Origin: an uncultured Gammaproteobacteria bacterium
GTDB lineage: Bacteria; Patescibacteriota; Microgenomatia; Levybacterales; UBA12049
NCBI GenBank assembly: GCA_964610465.1
Contig: CAZSWA010000006.1
Coordinates: 4,332-68,331 of the forward strand
Length of the DNA stretch: 64,000 nt
Direction: 5' to 3'
The notes under the pieces are model-generated. The model did no database searches, was not told the origin of the DNA, and saw only the letters and a program-made list of their open reading frames with translations. Position numbers and translations under genes: made by a program. Positions within the stretch are counted from its first letter, which is position 1, and each line of letters starts with the position of its first letter. Of this stretch, positions 9,773 through 19,884 are shown piece by piece.

Positions 9773-11482
9773 ATGAAAAAGTGGGAAATCTTAGAAGAAT
9801 CAAGAATTAAGAATCCTGCCAAGGGCGAGGCTCGCCAAAAGCGGCAAGAATTAAGAATAGAAAAAAATATAGAAATTCTACTTAAAAATAGGAGACTAAC
9901 AAGTCAAAAAGAAATTGATGAATTTCTACATCCAAGTCTTGATGAAATTACAGCAGAGAAGGTTGGGATAGATAAAAAACAACTGAAAAAAGCGTTGACG
10001 AGAATTAAAAAGGCGATGAAAGAGAAAGAGCAAATTGTAATCTTTGGTGACTATGATGTTGATGGAATTACTGCAACTGCAATTCTTTGGGAAACACTTA
10101 ATTCTATGAGTGCAACTGCTATTCCATATATCCCGAACAGATTTGAAGAAGGATATGGGCTTTCTGTCATTGGAATTACCAATCTTGAATCACAAATTAC
10201 CAACACAAAACTCATTATTACTGTGGATAACGGAATTGTTGCCAATGAAGCAGTGGATTTTGCCAATAGTCACGGGATAGATGTAATTATCACTGATCAT
10301 CACACTATTGGTGAGAAATTGCCAAACGCTCATGCGATTGTGCATACTACTAAATTGTGTGGAGCAGGAATTGCATATGCGGTTGCGCAAGAATTAAGAA
10401 TTAAGAATCAAGAATCAAGGAGTAAAGAAGAGGATAACCATTTGGAATTAGCTGCGTTGGGGACAGTTGCTGATTTGGTTCCATTGGTTGGTGCAAATCG
10501 GGCAATTGTGAAATTTGGCATAGAGAAACTAAATACAACAAGAAGATTTGGTCTTCTTGAACTCTACAAGCTTGCCGGTCTTAGAAGTAAGTTCGGAGTA
10601 TATGAAATAGGATATATCATTGGACCGCGTCTTAATGCAGCAGGAAGAATTGAAACAGCAATGGATAGTTTAAGACTTTTGTGTACCAGAAATCGGGAAA
10701 GAGCAGAAGAGCTTGCAGCCAAACTTGAGATTATCAATAAAGAAAGACAAATGCTCATGAAAGAATCAGCCGAACATGCCAAGCTATATGTGAAAACAAA
10801 TCAAACGACTATCAAAAAAATACTGGTTGTATCTCATGAATCATATCAAGAAGGAGTGATAGGGCTTATCGCAGGACGTTTAGTTGAGGAATTTTACCGT
10901 CCGACTATTATTATTTCCAAAAAAGAAAAAGTCAGCAAAGCCTCTGCCCGTTCAATTCATGGGTTTAATATTATTGAATTTTTGCGGGGTGCATCTGACT
11001 TTTTTGTCAATGTCGGTGGTCATCCAATGGCAGCAGGATTTACTGTAGAGACTGAGAAAATTGAATTATTGCAGCAAACGCTTGAGCAAATGGCAGAAAA
11101 TTTACTAAATGACGGACATTTTATACGGAACTTGCGGATTGATTGTGAAATTCCGCTTGTTTCTATTACCAATACGTTTTATAACAGTCTTCAGATTCTG
11201 GCTCCTTTTGGCATGAATAATCCAGAACCTGTTTTTGCAAGTAAAAAGGTAACTATTGAGGACATGAGACTTATGGGTAAAGAGCAACAGCATCTGCGTC
11301 TTAGTGTAAGTCAAGAAAATGCAGTATTTGAAGCAGTATGTTTTGGCATGGGAGAGCTTGGAACAAAACTTAAGATAGGAGACAAAATTGATATTGCATA
11401 CACAATAGATGAAAATAGCTGGAATGGAAATACAAAGTTACAACTGAAGGTGAAGGATATACAAACTCTGCAAGAAGACTAA
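9773..11482 (+). CDS. recJ: Single-stranded-DNA-specific exonuclease RecJ
   Basis: DHH motifs (GDYDVDGITATAIL, DHH), DHHA1 region, C-terminal OB-like domain; 569 aa. Confidence 0.85.
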   Translation: MKKWEILEESRIKNPAKGEARQKRQELRIEKNIEILLKNRRLTSQKEIDEFLHPSLDEITAEKVGIDKKQLKKALTRIKKAMKEKEQIVIFGDYDVDGITATAILWETLNSMSATAIPYIPNRFEEGYGLSVIGITNLESQITNTKLIITVDNGIVANEAVDFANSHGIDVIITDHHTIGEKLPNAHAIVHTTKLCGAGIAYAVAQELRIKNQESRSKEEDNHLELAALGTVADLVPLVGANRAIVKFGIEKLNTTRRFGLLELYKLAGLRSKFGVYEIGYIIGPRLNAAGRIETAMDSLRLLCTRNRERAEELAAKLEIINKERQMLMKESAEHAKLYVKTNQTTIKKILVVSHESYQEGVIGLIAGRLVEEFYRPTIIISKKEKVSKASARSIHGFNIIEFLRGASDFFVNVGGHPMAAGFTVETEKIELLQQTLEQMAENLLNDGHFIRNLRIDCEIPLVSITNTFYNSLQILAPFGMNNPEPVFASKKVTIEDMRLMGKEQQHLRLSVSQENAVFEAVCFGMGELGTKLKIGDKIDIAYTIDENSWNGNTKLQLKVKDIQTLQED

Positions 11483-11489
11483 GATATTT

Positions 11490-11918
11490 TTAGGATTCGT
11501 TTACAGCTTCTTTGGGATAAAAGTGATTATACACATGAGAAGCAGTTTTAAGCAAATCTATGCCATCCCTTTTCGCAGCAGAACGTACACCATTTGTTTT
11601 CGCAAGCCCTTCCTTTATATTTGTAATTCTTGCATCTAATGTGGCAATTAACTCTTGGAGATTGTTTCCACCTATATTACATTTTGAATAGACTTTTGTA
11701 TAGGCATCTCTTGCTCCTTGTAATGCTTGTTCTCCTACTGTGTCTAAGAGCATACCTGCAGTGCCTATAAGACCGTTGGGCAGCACTATTTCTGGTCGTT
11801 GTTTCTTTTCAGGAACAACAGTGCCTCTAAATACAACCTGTTCACCAATATCATTACTCCTTTCTAAAGGAGTTTGTTGTCTAGTTTCTTGAATTGGTGC
11901 TAAACTTTCTAACGCCAT
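11490..11918 (-). CDS. Hypothetical protein
   Basis: 142-aa ORF, second gene of a two-gene minus-strand unit; no motif recognised. Confidence 0.3.
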   Translation of the reverse strand: MALESLAPIQETRQQTPLERSNDIGEQVVFRGTVVPEKKQRPEIVLPNGLIGTAGMLLDTVGEQALQGARDAYTKVYSKCNIGGNNLQELIATLDARITNIKEGLAKTNGVRSAAKRDGIDLLKTASHVYNHFYPKEAVNES

Positions 11919-11924
11919 ATTATT

Positions 11925-12263
11925 TTATCTCTTTTCTCCGTATGGTTTGTGACGAGATGCGTGTAATTGTGCAGCTGTAAATATAAGGTTTTTTGCATAT
12001 ATTTTTGCCAAGCCAGCCCGTTCAGGTATTGCAAGATCATCTCTCGTTTTATTAACTTTGCGGTCTAATTCTGTCATTAATGGTCGTCTGTCACTTAGTT
12101 GAGGACAAACTTCTTTATATACTCTATTAAATTCTGACTGAGCTCTTCTAAGTATTGGTTCAGCTGTTTTAGGATCAGACAGAAGATCGTCAAATTTACC
12201 TTCTATTCTAACGAATCCTTCACTCATTGGTTGTTCTATATAATCTATTTTTTCTCTTTCCAT
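11925..12263 (-). CDS. Hypothetical protein
   Basis: 112-aa ORF; ATG at 12263 preceded by GAGGA RBS; structured leader upstream. Confidence 0.3.
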   Translation of the reverse strand: MEREKIDYIEQPMSEGFVRIEGKFDDLLSDPKTAEPILRRAQSEFNRVYKEVCPQLSDRRPLMTELDRKVNKTRDDLAIPERAGLAKIYAKNLIFTAAQLHASRHKPYGEKR

Positions 12264-12273
12264 ATTTTTTCCT

Positions 12274-12302
12274 CAAAAAAAATCTCCCATTTCTTGGGAG
12301 AT
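12274..12302 (-). terminator. Leader stem-loop plus U-tract (intrinsic-terminator-like attenuator) immediately 5' of the RBS of gene 11925..12263
   Basis: Minus strand reads ATCTCCCAAGAAATGGGAGAT (8-bp stem) followed by TTTTTTTT, then GAGGAAAAAATATG. Confidence 0.45.
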
Positions 12303-12511
12303 TGGTCTTTGTTCCTTTTGCGCCTTTACGCCATTACCAATCTCCCTCGCCCTTAAAGGGAAGGAGATGCATAATTCCAACGTATTGACACCAAAAATTT
12401 TTCATATGCCAAAAGATAGTATAAAACGCAATCACCATCTTGTCAAGCACAAGAAATCCATGTATCATATGCAGAGTAAGCGCAAGCTAAAAGCGTAAAA
12501 AAAAGGCTAAA

Positions 12512-13888
12512 ATGAATAGTATGAAACGAACACTAGCCAAAGATACAGCCTCAGAAGCGGGGAAGGAAATTCTCGTTGAGGGGTGGGTTCAGGCACGACG
12601 TGACCATGGAAAGCTCATATTTATTGATTTGAGGGATAGAAGCGGGCTTCTGCAAATTGTATTTAATCCAAAAGTCTCACAACAAGCCTATGAAACAGCC
12701 ATAAAGCTCCGGCCTGAGTTTATTGTTTCGATAAAAGGTAAAGTCAATCCCAGACCTGAACGGCTTATAAACCCCAAAATCGTAAGCGGTACTGTAGAGC
12801 TTGAGGCAATTGAGGCTACTATTATAAGTAGCGCCGAAACTCTGCCTTTTGACATGGGTGGAGAAGCGCTTAATCTTGAATTACCAACCCTTCTTGATTA
12901 CCGATCCCTTACCTTAAAACATGAAAAAGTCCGAAAGATATTTCTCATCCAGGCAGCACTTGCTGAAGAATTTAGAAAAGTCGCAAAATCTCTTGAGTGT
13001 GTTGAAATTTTTGTCCCAACCATTGCTGCTGGGGCTACAGAAGGCGGAGCTGAAGTATTTAAACTAGATTATTATGAGCATGAAGCATTTATGACGCAAA
13101 GCCCGCAGCTTTACAAGCAAATTATGGTAGCAGTGTTTGAGAGAGTATTTACCATTGCCAAAGCGTATCGTGCTGAACCATCAGTTACTACACGGCATTT
13201 ATCAGAAGCAACTCAAATGGATATTGAAATTGGATTTATCAGTAAGTTTGAAGAACTTTTGGATGTTTTAGAGTTGGTAGGAACGACCATGATAAAAAAT
13301 GTTTCTGAACAGTATGAAAATGTTCTTAAAGAATTTGGTGTTGAGAAGCCACTCGTTCCTCACAAAGTGCCAAGACTCACGTTAAGAGAAGCACAAGTAA
13401 TTGTTACAAAGCGTACAGGTCGTGACTTATCAAGAGAGAAAGATTTAAATCCCGAAGATGAGAAAGAAATATGCGCCTGGGCCAAGGAAGAGCATAAATC
13501 AGATTTTGTCACAATTACCCATTTCCCAACAAAAAAACGCGCATTTTATACTATGCCTGACCCCAAAGACCCAGAATACAGTTTAAGTTATGATTTACTC
13601 TTTCGAGGGCTTGAAATCTTAAGCGGCAGCCAACGTATTCATGACTACAACGAATTGGTTGAGATGATGAAGAAAAAAGGAGTAAACCCACAGACTTTTG
13701 GCATGTATCTTATGGCATTTAAGTATGGCATGCCGCCAGAAGGCGGGTTTTCATTTGGGCTGGAAAGACTTACAATGAAATTACTGGAATTGCAGAATGT
13801 ACGTGAGGCATCTCTTTTCCCACGGGATATGGAGCGTGTTGATGAAAGATTTTCAGTTACTGATAAAACTGCTACTAAAAATAAGTAA
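12512..13888 (+). CDS. aspS: Aspartyl-tRNA synthetase, short archaeal/eukaryal-type (possibly non-discriminating; AsnRS not fully excluded)
   Basis: Class II aaRS motifs: QSPQLYKQ, FRAEPS..TRHLSE, C-terminal GGFSFGLERL; 458 aa with no bacterial GAD insertion. Confidence 0.75.
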   Translation: MNSMKRTLAKDTASEAGKEILVEGWVQARRDHGKLIFIDLRDRSGLLQIVFNPKVSQQAYETAIKLRPEFIVSIKGKVNPRPERLINPKIVSGTVELEAIEATIISSAETLPFDMGGEALNLELPTLLDYRSLTLKHEKVRKIFLIQAALAEEFRKVAKSLECVEIFVPTIAAGATEGGAEVFKLDYYEHEAFMTQSPQLYKQIMVAVFERVFTIAKAYRAEPSVTTRHLSEATQMDIEIGFISKFEELLDVLELVGTTMIKNVSEQYENVLKEFGVEKPLVPHKVPRLTLREAQVIVTKRTGRDLSREKDLNPEDEKEICAWAKEEHKSDFVTITHFPTKKRAFYTMPDPKDPEYSLSYDLLFRGLEILSGSQRIHDYNELVEMMKKKGVNPQTFGMYLMAFKYGMPPEGGFSFGLERLTMKLLELQNVREASLFPRDMERVDERFSVTDKTATKNK

Positions 13889-14825
13889 AGAACTTATTTC
13901 ATATCTTAAACTTCTTGAAGAGGATATTCAGCTTGCGCTTGTTCCACTTATACTTTTGACTATTTTTATCATCATAAGTATTCTGAATGCAAACACAGAG
14001 TATCAGTTATATAGAAACAAACTTTTTCCGGTTGATGTGTCAACCAAGGTAAACCCTTATCCTATGACAAGCGGAATAATCAACCCACCTATTAGTGCAA
14101 AAGCTGCAATTGTCATGGATGATGCAACCCATGTAGTACTGTTTGAAAAAAATCCTGCTATCCGGTTTTCTATGGCATCAACAACCAAAATTATGACTGC
14201 ACTTGTCGCACTTGATTATTATAAAACAGACTCACTTCTAACTGTCAAAACCGCAACTATTGAGGGATCTCTTATAGGACTTCAAGTTGGGGAGACATTT
14301 CGGTTTAAGGACTTACTCTATGCGATGCTTCTGCCTTCTGCAAATGACGCTGCGATAGCAATTGCAGATAATTATCCGGGAGGATTGGAAGCATTTGTGA
14401 ATGAAATGAATGCAAAGGCGTTTAGTCTTCATCTTCTCAATACGCATTATGCAGATCCAGCAGGTCTTGATGATGATGGTAACTATACCACAGTTACAGA
14501 CCTTGCTCAGCTTGCGTCCTTTGCTGAACGAAATCCATTATTTGCCAAGGTTACTTCAACCAGACAAACAAGTATCTCAACTATTGACAATAGGAGACAA
14601 TTTATACTTTATAATCTTAATAAACTTTTGGGAACAAACGGGATTGATGGTATAAAAACGGGTACTACAGAAGGAGCAGGTGAAGTGTTGGTGACTTCTG
14701 AAGTTACCAGAGGTCATAGGTTTATCATTATTGTTATGAAAAGTGAAGATAGATTTCTTGATACGCTCTCAATTTTATCTGCTGTAAATAATACTATCGG
14801 CTATCTAACTCCCTTATATCCATAG
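13842..14825 (+). CDS. Serine-type D-Ala-D-Ala carboxypeptidase (peptidase S11, PBP5-like), membrane-anchored
   Basis: SxxK (ASTTK), SxN (SANDAA), KTG (KTGTT) motifs; N-terminal TM; start uncertain (ORF begins 13797 and overlaps aspS 3' end). Confidence 0.7.
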   Translation: MKDFQLLIKLLLKISKELISYLKLLEEDIQLALVPLILLTIFIIISILNANTEYQLYRNKLFPVDVSTKVNPYPMTSGIINPPISAKAAIVMDDATHVVLFEKNPAIRFSMASTTKIMTALVALDYYKTDSLLTVKTATIEGSLIGLQVGETFRFKDLLYAMLLPSANDAAIAIADNYPGGLEAFVNEMNAKAFSLHLLNTHYADPAGLDDDGNYTTVTDLAQLASFAERNPLFAKVTSTRQTSISTIDNRRQFILYNLNKLLGTNGIDGIKTGTTEGAGEVLVTSEVTRGHRFIIIVMKSEDRFLDTLSILSAVNNTIGYLTPLYP

Positions 14826-14876
14826 CATTTAGGAAAAGAAGTTAATAACTATAAGCTAAGTACTAAACGCTAGACG

Positions 14877-16034
14877 CTATTTTATCCATGCATCCTGAAT
14901 TGCTGATACATACGCAAAAAATCCGTTATCTCCTTCAAATACAATAACTGGCATGACATAATCCTGCAGAGTATTCCCAAGATAGTATGCTAAGAAAATA
15001 TTGGTTATATGTACATTGTTTGATGAACCATAGAAAGATGCAACATATCCTTTTCCGCTCTTCAGTTCTTCAAATGCTTGCTGAGCTGTTTTGATAGGGT
15101 AGGTTGCGTCTTTGGCAGCTCTATCTATTTTTTGGTGTGTATAATGTGCTTGTACCACAGTGGTATCATTATCTCCTGAGCCGACGAGAAAATTTATCGT
15201 TGAGTAAGGTGGATGAGGATAGAGAATTGGAATGTCCATTTTTATCTTTTGTGAGTCAGGACTGCTTAGCGTATGTTTTCCTGTATCAAGCGGATAAGTT
15301 AAATTGCTCTGATACATATCAACGCGTATGATATTGGCAGAGGATAAGCTGGTAGTTTGTACGAGTGTCCCGTTTTGTATTGCAAATAGTTGAGGATAGG
15401 TGAGATAATTAATATCTCTTGATGGGTTTGTTGTTTTGCTCAAATCAATATCGTCAGGGAATAATTCCATAGAATCAAGCAAAGCTTTACTTATTTTTAC
15501 AGCATTATCCTCATTATCAAGATGAAGCGCTGAGATAACAGATGGATATGTTAAAAATCTGGAATTCATAACAAAATTAAATGTTACAATGTTCATAATT
15601 ACCTGTCTATTCATGCCTTGCGGTTCATCCCATTCATAATTTGCATTGCCCAGAGAAGTTTCTGGTACCAAATGTCCTTGTGAATCAGTTATTCCAAGTG
15701 CAGACATTTTACTTTTCGTTTTATCAAGGTTTAGAAAATTTGCTTCAGGATGAATAATTGGATAGATATTAACTCTATCTACTAAGTCAGGGGGTTTTCC
15801 AGACAACGTATCAAGCGTATAAGTAAGTGGTGAAGTAGTAGCATTGGCAGGAAATGTAATTGCCGGGATTTTCCCGTAAAGAACATTTGGAGGGTCAGTT
15901 CTTGGAGGGTTGAGTGCATCAATGATAGTAAGAGTGACCTTATACAATATAAAAAGTAAAATAAGCGCAGTTATCCCAATAGCGCCGCCAATACTACCTT
16001 TTATTAAATATATTTGTGTCTGGTGGAGGGTCAT
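14877..16034 (-). CDS. Hypothetical membrane-anchored extracytoplasmic protein
   Basis: Long ORF (to 16136; start placed at MTLHQTQ to avoid gltX overlap); single N-terminal TM; no motif. Confidence 0.35.
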   Translation of the reverse strand: MTLHQTQIYLIKGSIGGAIGITALILLFILYKVTLTIIDALNPPRTDPPNVLYGKIPAITFPANATTSPLTYTLDTLSGKPPDLVDRVNIYPIIHPEANFLNLDKTKSKMSALGITDSQGHLVPETSLGNANYEWDEPQGMNRQVIMNIVTFNFVMNSRFLTYPSVISALHLDNEDNAVKISKALLDSMELFPDDIDLSKTTNPSRDINYLTYPQLFAIQNGTLVQTTSLSSANIIRVDMYQSNLTYPLDTGKHTLSSPDSQKIKMDIPILYPHPPYSTINFLVGSGDNDTTVVQAHYTHQKIDRAAKDATYPIKTAQQAFEELKSGKGYVASFYGSSNNVHITNIFLAYYLGNTLQDYVMPVIVFEGDNGFFAYVSAIQDAWIK

Positions 16035-16072
16035 ATCTTGAGTATAAGGGAAATTTGAAGTACAATGCAACC

Positions 16073-17476
16073 ATGGTACGAACACGAATGGCGCCAAGTC
16101 CAACAGGAGAATATCATATTGGACACATACGGACAATTTTGTATGATATAGCCTTTGCGAAGAAACATAAGGGCAAATTTATTATACGAATTGAAGACAC
16201 GGATAGAGGCCGATATGTGGAAGGTGCAATGGATAGAATTCTGGATGTGATTAAGGATTATGGATTTACATGGGATGAAGGTCCCCGGGTTGGCGGATCG
16301 TATGGTCCATATATCCAATCAGAGAGATTACCGATTTATAAAAAGTATGCATTAGAACTTGTTGATAAAAAAGCTGCATATTATTGCTTTTGTACTACGG
16401 AACGCTTGGAACAAATGCGTGAAGAACAAAAAAAGCGAGGAATTACTTCTCCCAAATACGATAAATTTTGTTTACGTCTGACACAAGAAGAGATAGAAAA
16501 AAATCTCAAAGAAGAGAAGCCATATGTTATACGACTCAACGTAGTTCCAGACAAGATAATCACTTTTGACGATGTGGTATTTGGCAAAATCAGCGTCAAC
16601 AGTAATGAGATTGATGATCAAATTCTTCTCAAGTCTGATGGATTTCCTACATATCATCTGGCAGTAGTGATAGATGATCATCTCATGGAAATAACTCACA
16701 TTCTTCGTGGTAATGATTGGTTGCCTTCAACACCAAAACATATCATATTGTATGATGCATTTGGGTGGGAATTGCCGACTTATATCCATCTTCCCAATCT
16801 CAAAGAACTGGGCAGTACGAAAAAACTTTCCAAACGATTTGGTCCTGTTTCTGCAAGAGAATTTTTGGATGCAGGATATTTGCCAGAAGCTATGATAAAT
16901 TTTCTCATGTTTTTGGGCTGGAATCCTGGAACAGAGAAAGAAATTTATTCCTTTGAAGAATTTGTAAAAGATTTTGATGTCCACAAAATCCATAAAACAG
17001 ATTTGGTGGCATTTAATCGTGAAAAACTTGACTGGATGAATGGGTATTATATTCAAAATATGCCTACAGAACAATTACTGGAAAGGCTCAAAACATTTTA
17101 TAACGCTGATGAAGACATGCAGAAATTTTTCCATCATAACAAATCATATCTTCTCTCTCTGGTAGAGCTTGCCAAAACTCGTATAAAGAGGCTTAAAGAA
17201 TTTAAAGATATCGTTCTTCCATCTGATACTCCTTTGTCAGATGAAGAGAAGAAAGTGGCTCACGTATTAAATAAAGAGTTCACCAAAATTTCTGATTGGA
17301 ACAAGGACACTATTCTTGCTGCTATGCGTGCGACATTCAAAACAACAAGTGCCAAAGGCAATATGCTCTACAAAATTCTCACAGGACGTGATAAAGGTTT
17401 ACCGCTTCCTGAAACCCTTACCCTTTTTGGAAAAGAAAAAACACTGGCAATGCTTAAAAAGCATATCACACAATGA
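16073..17476 (+). CDS. gltX: Glutamyl-tRNA synthetase
   Basis: HIGH motif PSPTGEYHIGH and KMSKS-like KLSKRFG; start placed at MVRTRMAPSPTG. Confidence 0.85.
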   Translation: MVRTRMAPSPTGEYHIGHIRTILYDIAFAKKHKGKFIIRIEDTDRGRYVEGAMDRILDVIKDYGFTWDEGPRVGGSYGPYIQSERLPIYKKYALELVDKKAAYYCFCTTERLEQMREEQKKRGITSPKYDKFCLRLTQEEIEKNLKEEKPYVIRLNVVPDKIITFDDVVFGKISVNSNEIDDQILLKSDGFPTYHLAVVIDDHLMEITHILRGNDWLPSTPKHIILYDAFGWELPTYIHLPNLKELGSTKKLSKRFGPVSAREFLDAGYLPEAMINFLMFLGWNPGTEKEIYSFEEFVKDFDVHKIHKTDLVAFNREKLDWMNGYYIQNMPTEQLLERLKTFYNADEDMQKFFHHNKSYLLSLVELAKTRIKRLKEFKDIVLPSDTPLSDEEKKVAHVLNKEFTKISDWNKDTILAAMRATFKTTSAKGNMLYKILTGRDKGLPLPETLTLFGKEKTLAMLKKHITQ

Positions 17477-18060
17477 GAAGTTTACAGATTGCCCACATAA
17501 TCTCAGTTCTTCTCAATCCATTAGTGGTACTTATACCTGTTCCTTATGTTCTTGTGTTTACTACATCAGGAGACTTTGTTTACGCATTTCACTGGGCAGT
17601 TTTTTCATGGGTGTTTCTTCTCGCATTGGTCGCGTTTGTACTTTTGGGAATAGAGCGGGGAGTTTTCAGCAACATTGATGTGTCTATCAAAGAACAGCGT
17701 CCTACACTTTACGTATTTTGTACCTTTGTCGCAGTGCTCTATATTACTACTTTGCACTTTTTACATGGACCAAACATTTTACTTATTACCACTCTTGGAA
17801 TTCTTGTTGGTATCCTCGTGATGTCAGTAGTGAACCAATTTGTTAAAGCCAGTGTGCATATGGCAACTATCGCATCGCTTCTTTTTGCTCTTATGATTTT
17901 ATACCATCAAATGATTGTAATATCTCTTGTGGTTATGCCACTCCTTGCTTGGGCAAGGATAAAAACCGGAAGACATAGTGCAACAGAAGTTCTTACTGGA
18001 GGAATCTTAGGAAGTTTGCTAACATTAGGTATATATCTCGCTTACAGATTATTTTTTTGA
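17473..18060 (+). CDS. PAP2-like (phosphatidic acid phosphatase type 2 superfamily) membrane protein
   Basis: 6 TM; weak KxxxxRP / SxH / RxxxxxHxxxE(D)-like motifs (KEQRP, SVHMA, GRHSATEVLTGG). Confidence 0.4.
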   Translation: MRSLQIAHIISVLLNPLVVLIPVPYVLVFTTSGDFVYAFHWAVFSWVFLLALVAFVLLGIERGVFSNIDVSIKEQRPTLYVFCTFVAVLYITTLHFLHGPNILLITTLGILVGILVMSVVNQFVKASVHMATIASLLFALMILYHQMIVISLVVMPLLAWARIKTGRHSATEVLTGGILGSLLTLGIYLAYRLFF

Positions 18061-18061
18061 T

Positions 18062-18436
18062 ATGCTGAATTTTAAGAAATTAAAGAAGTCATTTGGCTAT
18101 GCACTCACTGGTATATGGTATGCGCTCAAAAGTGATCAAAACTTACGCATTCATTTCGTAGTCGCCTATTTAGTCATCCTTGCAAGCATTTATTTCCATG
18201 TCAATCCATTTGAAATGGGAATTTTAGGTGTTATGATACTTCTTGTCATTACAACTGAAATGATAAACACTGCAATTGAAAAAATGGTTGATCTTATTAC
18301 AAAAGAACATCGTGAAGAAGCAAAGATTGCCAAAGATGTTTCGTCTGGAATGGTCCTCGTCACTGCAGTAGGTTCAGTGATTGTAGGAATTCTTATCTTT
18401 GTTCCTCATATTTTACAATTATTTCAAGTACAATAA
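18062..18436 (+). CDS. dgkA: Diacylglycerol kinase / undecaprenol kinase DgkA
   Basis: 124 aa, 3 TM; EMINTAIEKMVDLITKEHREEAKIAKD matches prokaryotic DgkA core. Confidence 0.75.
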   Translation: MLNFKKLKKSFGYALTGIWYALKSDQNLRIHFVVAYLVILASIYFHVNPFEMGILGVMILLVITTEMINTAIEKMVDLITKEHREEAKIAKDVSSGMVLVTAVGSVIVGILIFVPHILQLFQVQ

Positions 18437-18437
18437 T

Positions 18438-19742
18438 ATGCTACAAACTCTTAAACTCGACAATGGAATATCAGTCGTAACGTACAATATACCAGGGCTT
18501 CGGTCATTTCATCTTGGTATAAATGTCAAAGGCGGCTCCCTTGGAGAACCAAAAGAAAAAAGCGGCATTGCACATTTTATGGAACATATGCTGGTACAAG
18601 GTATTCCATCCTACAAAAATGCTGAAGAATTATCATCCTTTGTTGAAAGTATTGCAGGCAGTTATCGTGCTACCACGTCATTTCTTACTGTCGCCTTTTC
18701 TATTTTTGTCCCTATTTCTCATCTCGAAGACGCAGTGCAGATAGCAAGTGAAGTATTCTTCAAACCGCTTTTTCCTGAGGAAGCATTGGAAAAAGAACGC
18801 CATGCGGTTATTAATGAAATTAAACAGGATGAAGATGCTAAAACATTTAAAATAAATCAATTTTTCAAAAATGTCCGCTACACTAAAGAAAGTCCTCTTA
18901 AACTTCGAGTCGGCGGAACAATGGAGACAGTCCAAAAACTCACACGAGAAGATTTGGTTCAGTATTGGACCACTCATTTCCTTCCAGAAAACACCTATAT
19001 TTCAATTATCGGCAGTTTCAAAGATGAAGAACTACAAACAATACTTACCAAGTATTTTGGAGGCGTTAAAAGCTCACAACAATTTCAAGGATATCCAGAG
19101 CTTTCAAACAGCAAAGATTTATCAACCTATAAAGTTGCACTTCGAACAGATAAAGAGCTTAAAGTAAATTATCTTGATTTGACTTTTCCGTCACTTCCCT
19201 TAGATACGGATTTATTAACTCGCATCAAACAAAATATTGCTTTTATTATTCTTGGCAATCTTCGAAGCAGCAGATTGTTTAAATTACTTCGTTACCAGAA
19301 AGGATTGGTGTATGGAGTGTCAACAGGAGATGCAGCATTTCCGGGAACAGGCTATGGATATGTGAGTTCTGAAGTCGCATCTGAACACCTGGATGAAGTA
19401 TTGACGCTTATTGTACAGACACTTTCAGAGTACATGAAAAACGGCCCAATAAGTGAAGAAGTAGAAGTTACCAAAAATTATCTTTCCAACAACTGGCTTA
19501 TGGCATTTGACAATCCCTCATCAATCAGCAGCTGGATAAAAGGAGAACTTTTGTGGCGGGATAAAATCCGTTTGCCTGAGGAGTATATTGAACTTATCAA
19601 AGATATTACTCCCAAAGACTTGGTTAAAGTGATGCAAACGTATTGGGATATGAAGAATCTTAATCTTATTATCCAGGGACCGATTACAGATTCCAAAGAA
19701 CAGGTAGAGAAGTATACAGAGATGGTCAAAGACCTCAAATAG
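18438..19742 (+). CDS. M16-family (insulinase-like) zinc peptidase
   Basis: Inverted zinc motif HFMEHM (HxxEH); start placed at MLQTLKLDNG. Confidence 0.75.
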   Translation: MLQTLKLDNGISVVTYNIPGLRSFHLGINVKGGSLGEPKEKSGIAHFMEHMLVQGIPSYKNAEELSSFVESIAGSYRATTSFLTVAFSIFVPISHLEDAVQIASEVFFKPLFPEEALEKERHAVINEIKQDEDAKTFKINQFFKNVRYTKESPLKLRVGGTMETVQKLTREDLVQYWTTHFLPENTYISIIGSFKDEELQTILTKYFGGVKSSQQFQGYPELSNSKDLSTYKVALRTDKELKVNYLDLTFPSLPLDTDLLTRIKQNIAFIILGNLRSSRLFKLLRYQKGLVYGVSTGDAAFPGTGYGYVSSEVASEHLDEVLTLIVQTLSEYMKNGPISEEVEVTKNYLSNNWLMAFDNPSSISSWIKGELLWRDKIRLPEEYIELIKDITPKDLVKVMQTYWDMKNLNLIIQGPITDSKEQVEKYTEMVKDLK

Positions 19743-19884
19743 TCTATACATAGTCATACTGAGCCAAAGGTGAAGGACTCTTTCCCTATCATTTAGCATT
19801 ATCCTTTAGGGACTGAGGTAGCGAAGAATCTTTTTTGTGCACAAGCATTTGATTAAAAAATAAAAATGTCCTATAACTATCATC

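Noticed and set aside
13797-13888. First ATG of the carboxypeptidase ORF, overlapping aspS by ~90 nt
   Set aside because: A long overlap with the aspS 3' end is unlikely. Start was moved to the internal Met (13842); the true start remains uncertain and may be a non-ATG codon further downstream.
16016-16136. Apparent 120-nt overlap between the divergent hypothetical gene (to 16136) and gltX (from 16016)
   Set aside because: This is resolved by internal starts. gltX most plausibly begins at MVRTRMAPSPTGEYHIGH (16073), and the minus-strand gene at MTLHQTQ (16034).
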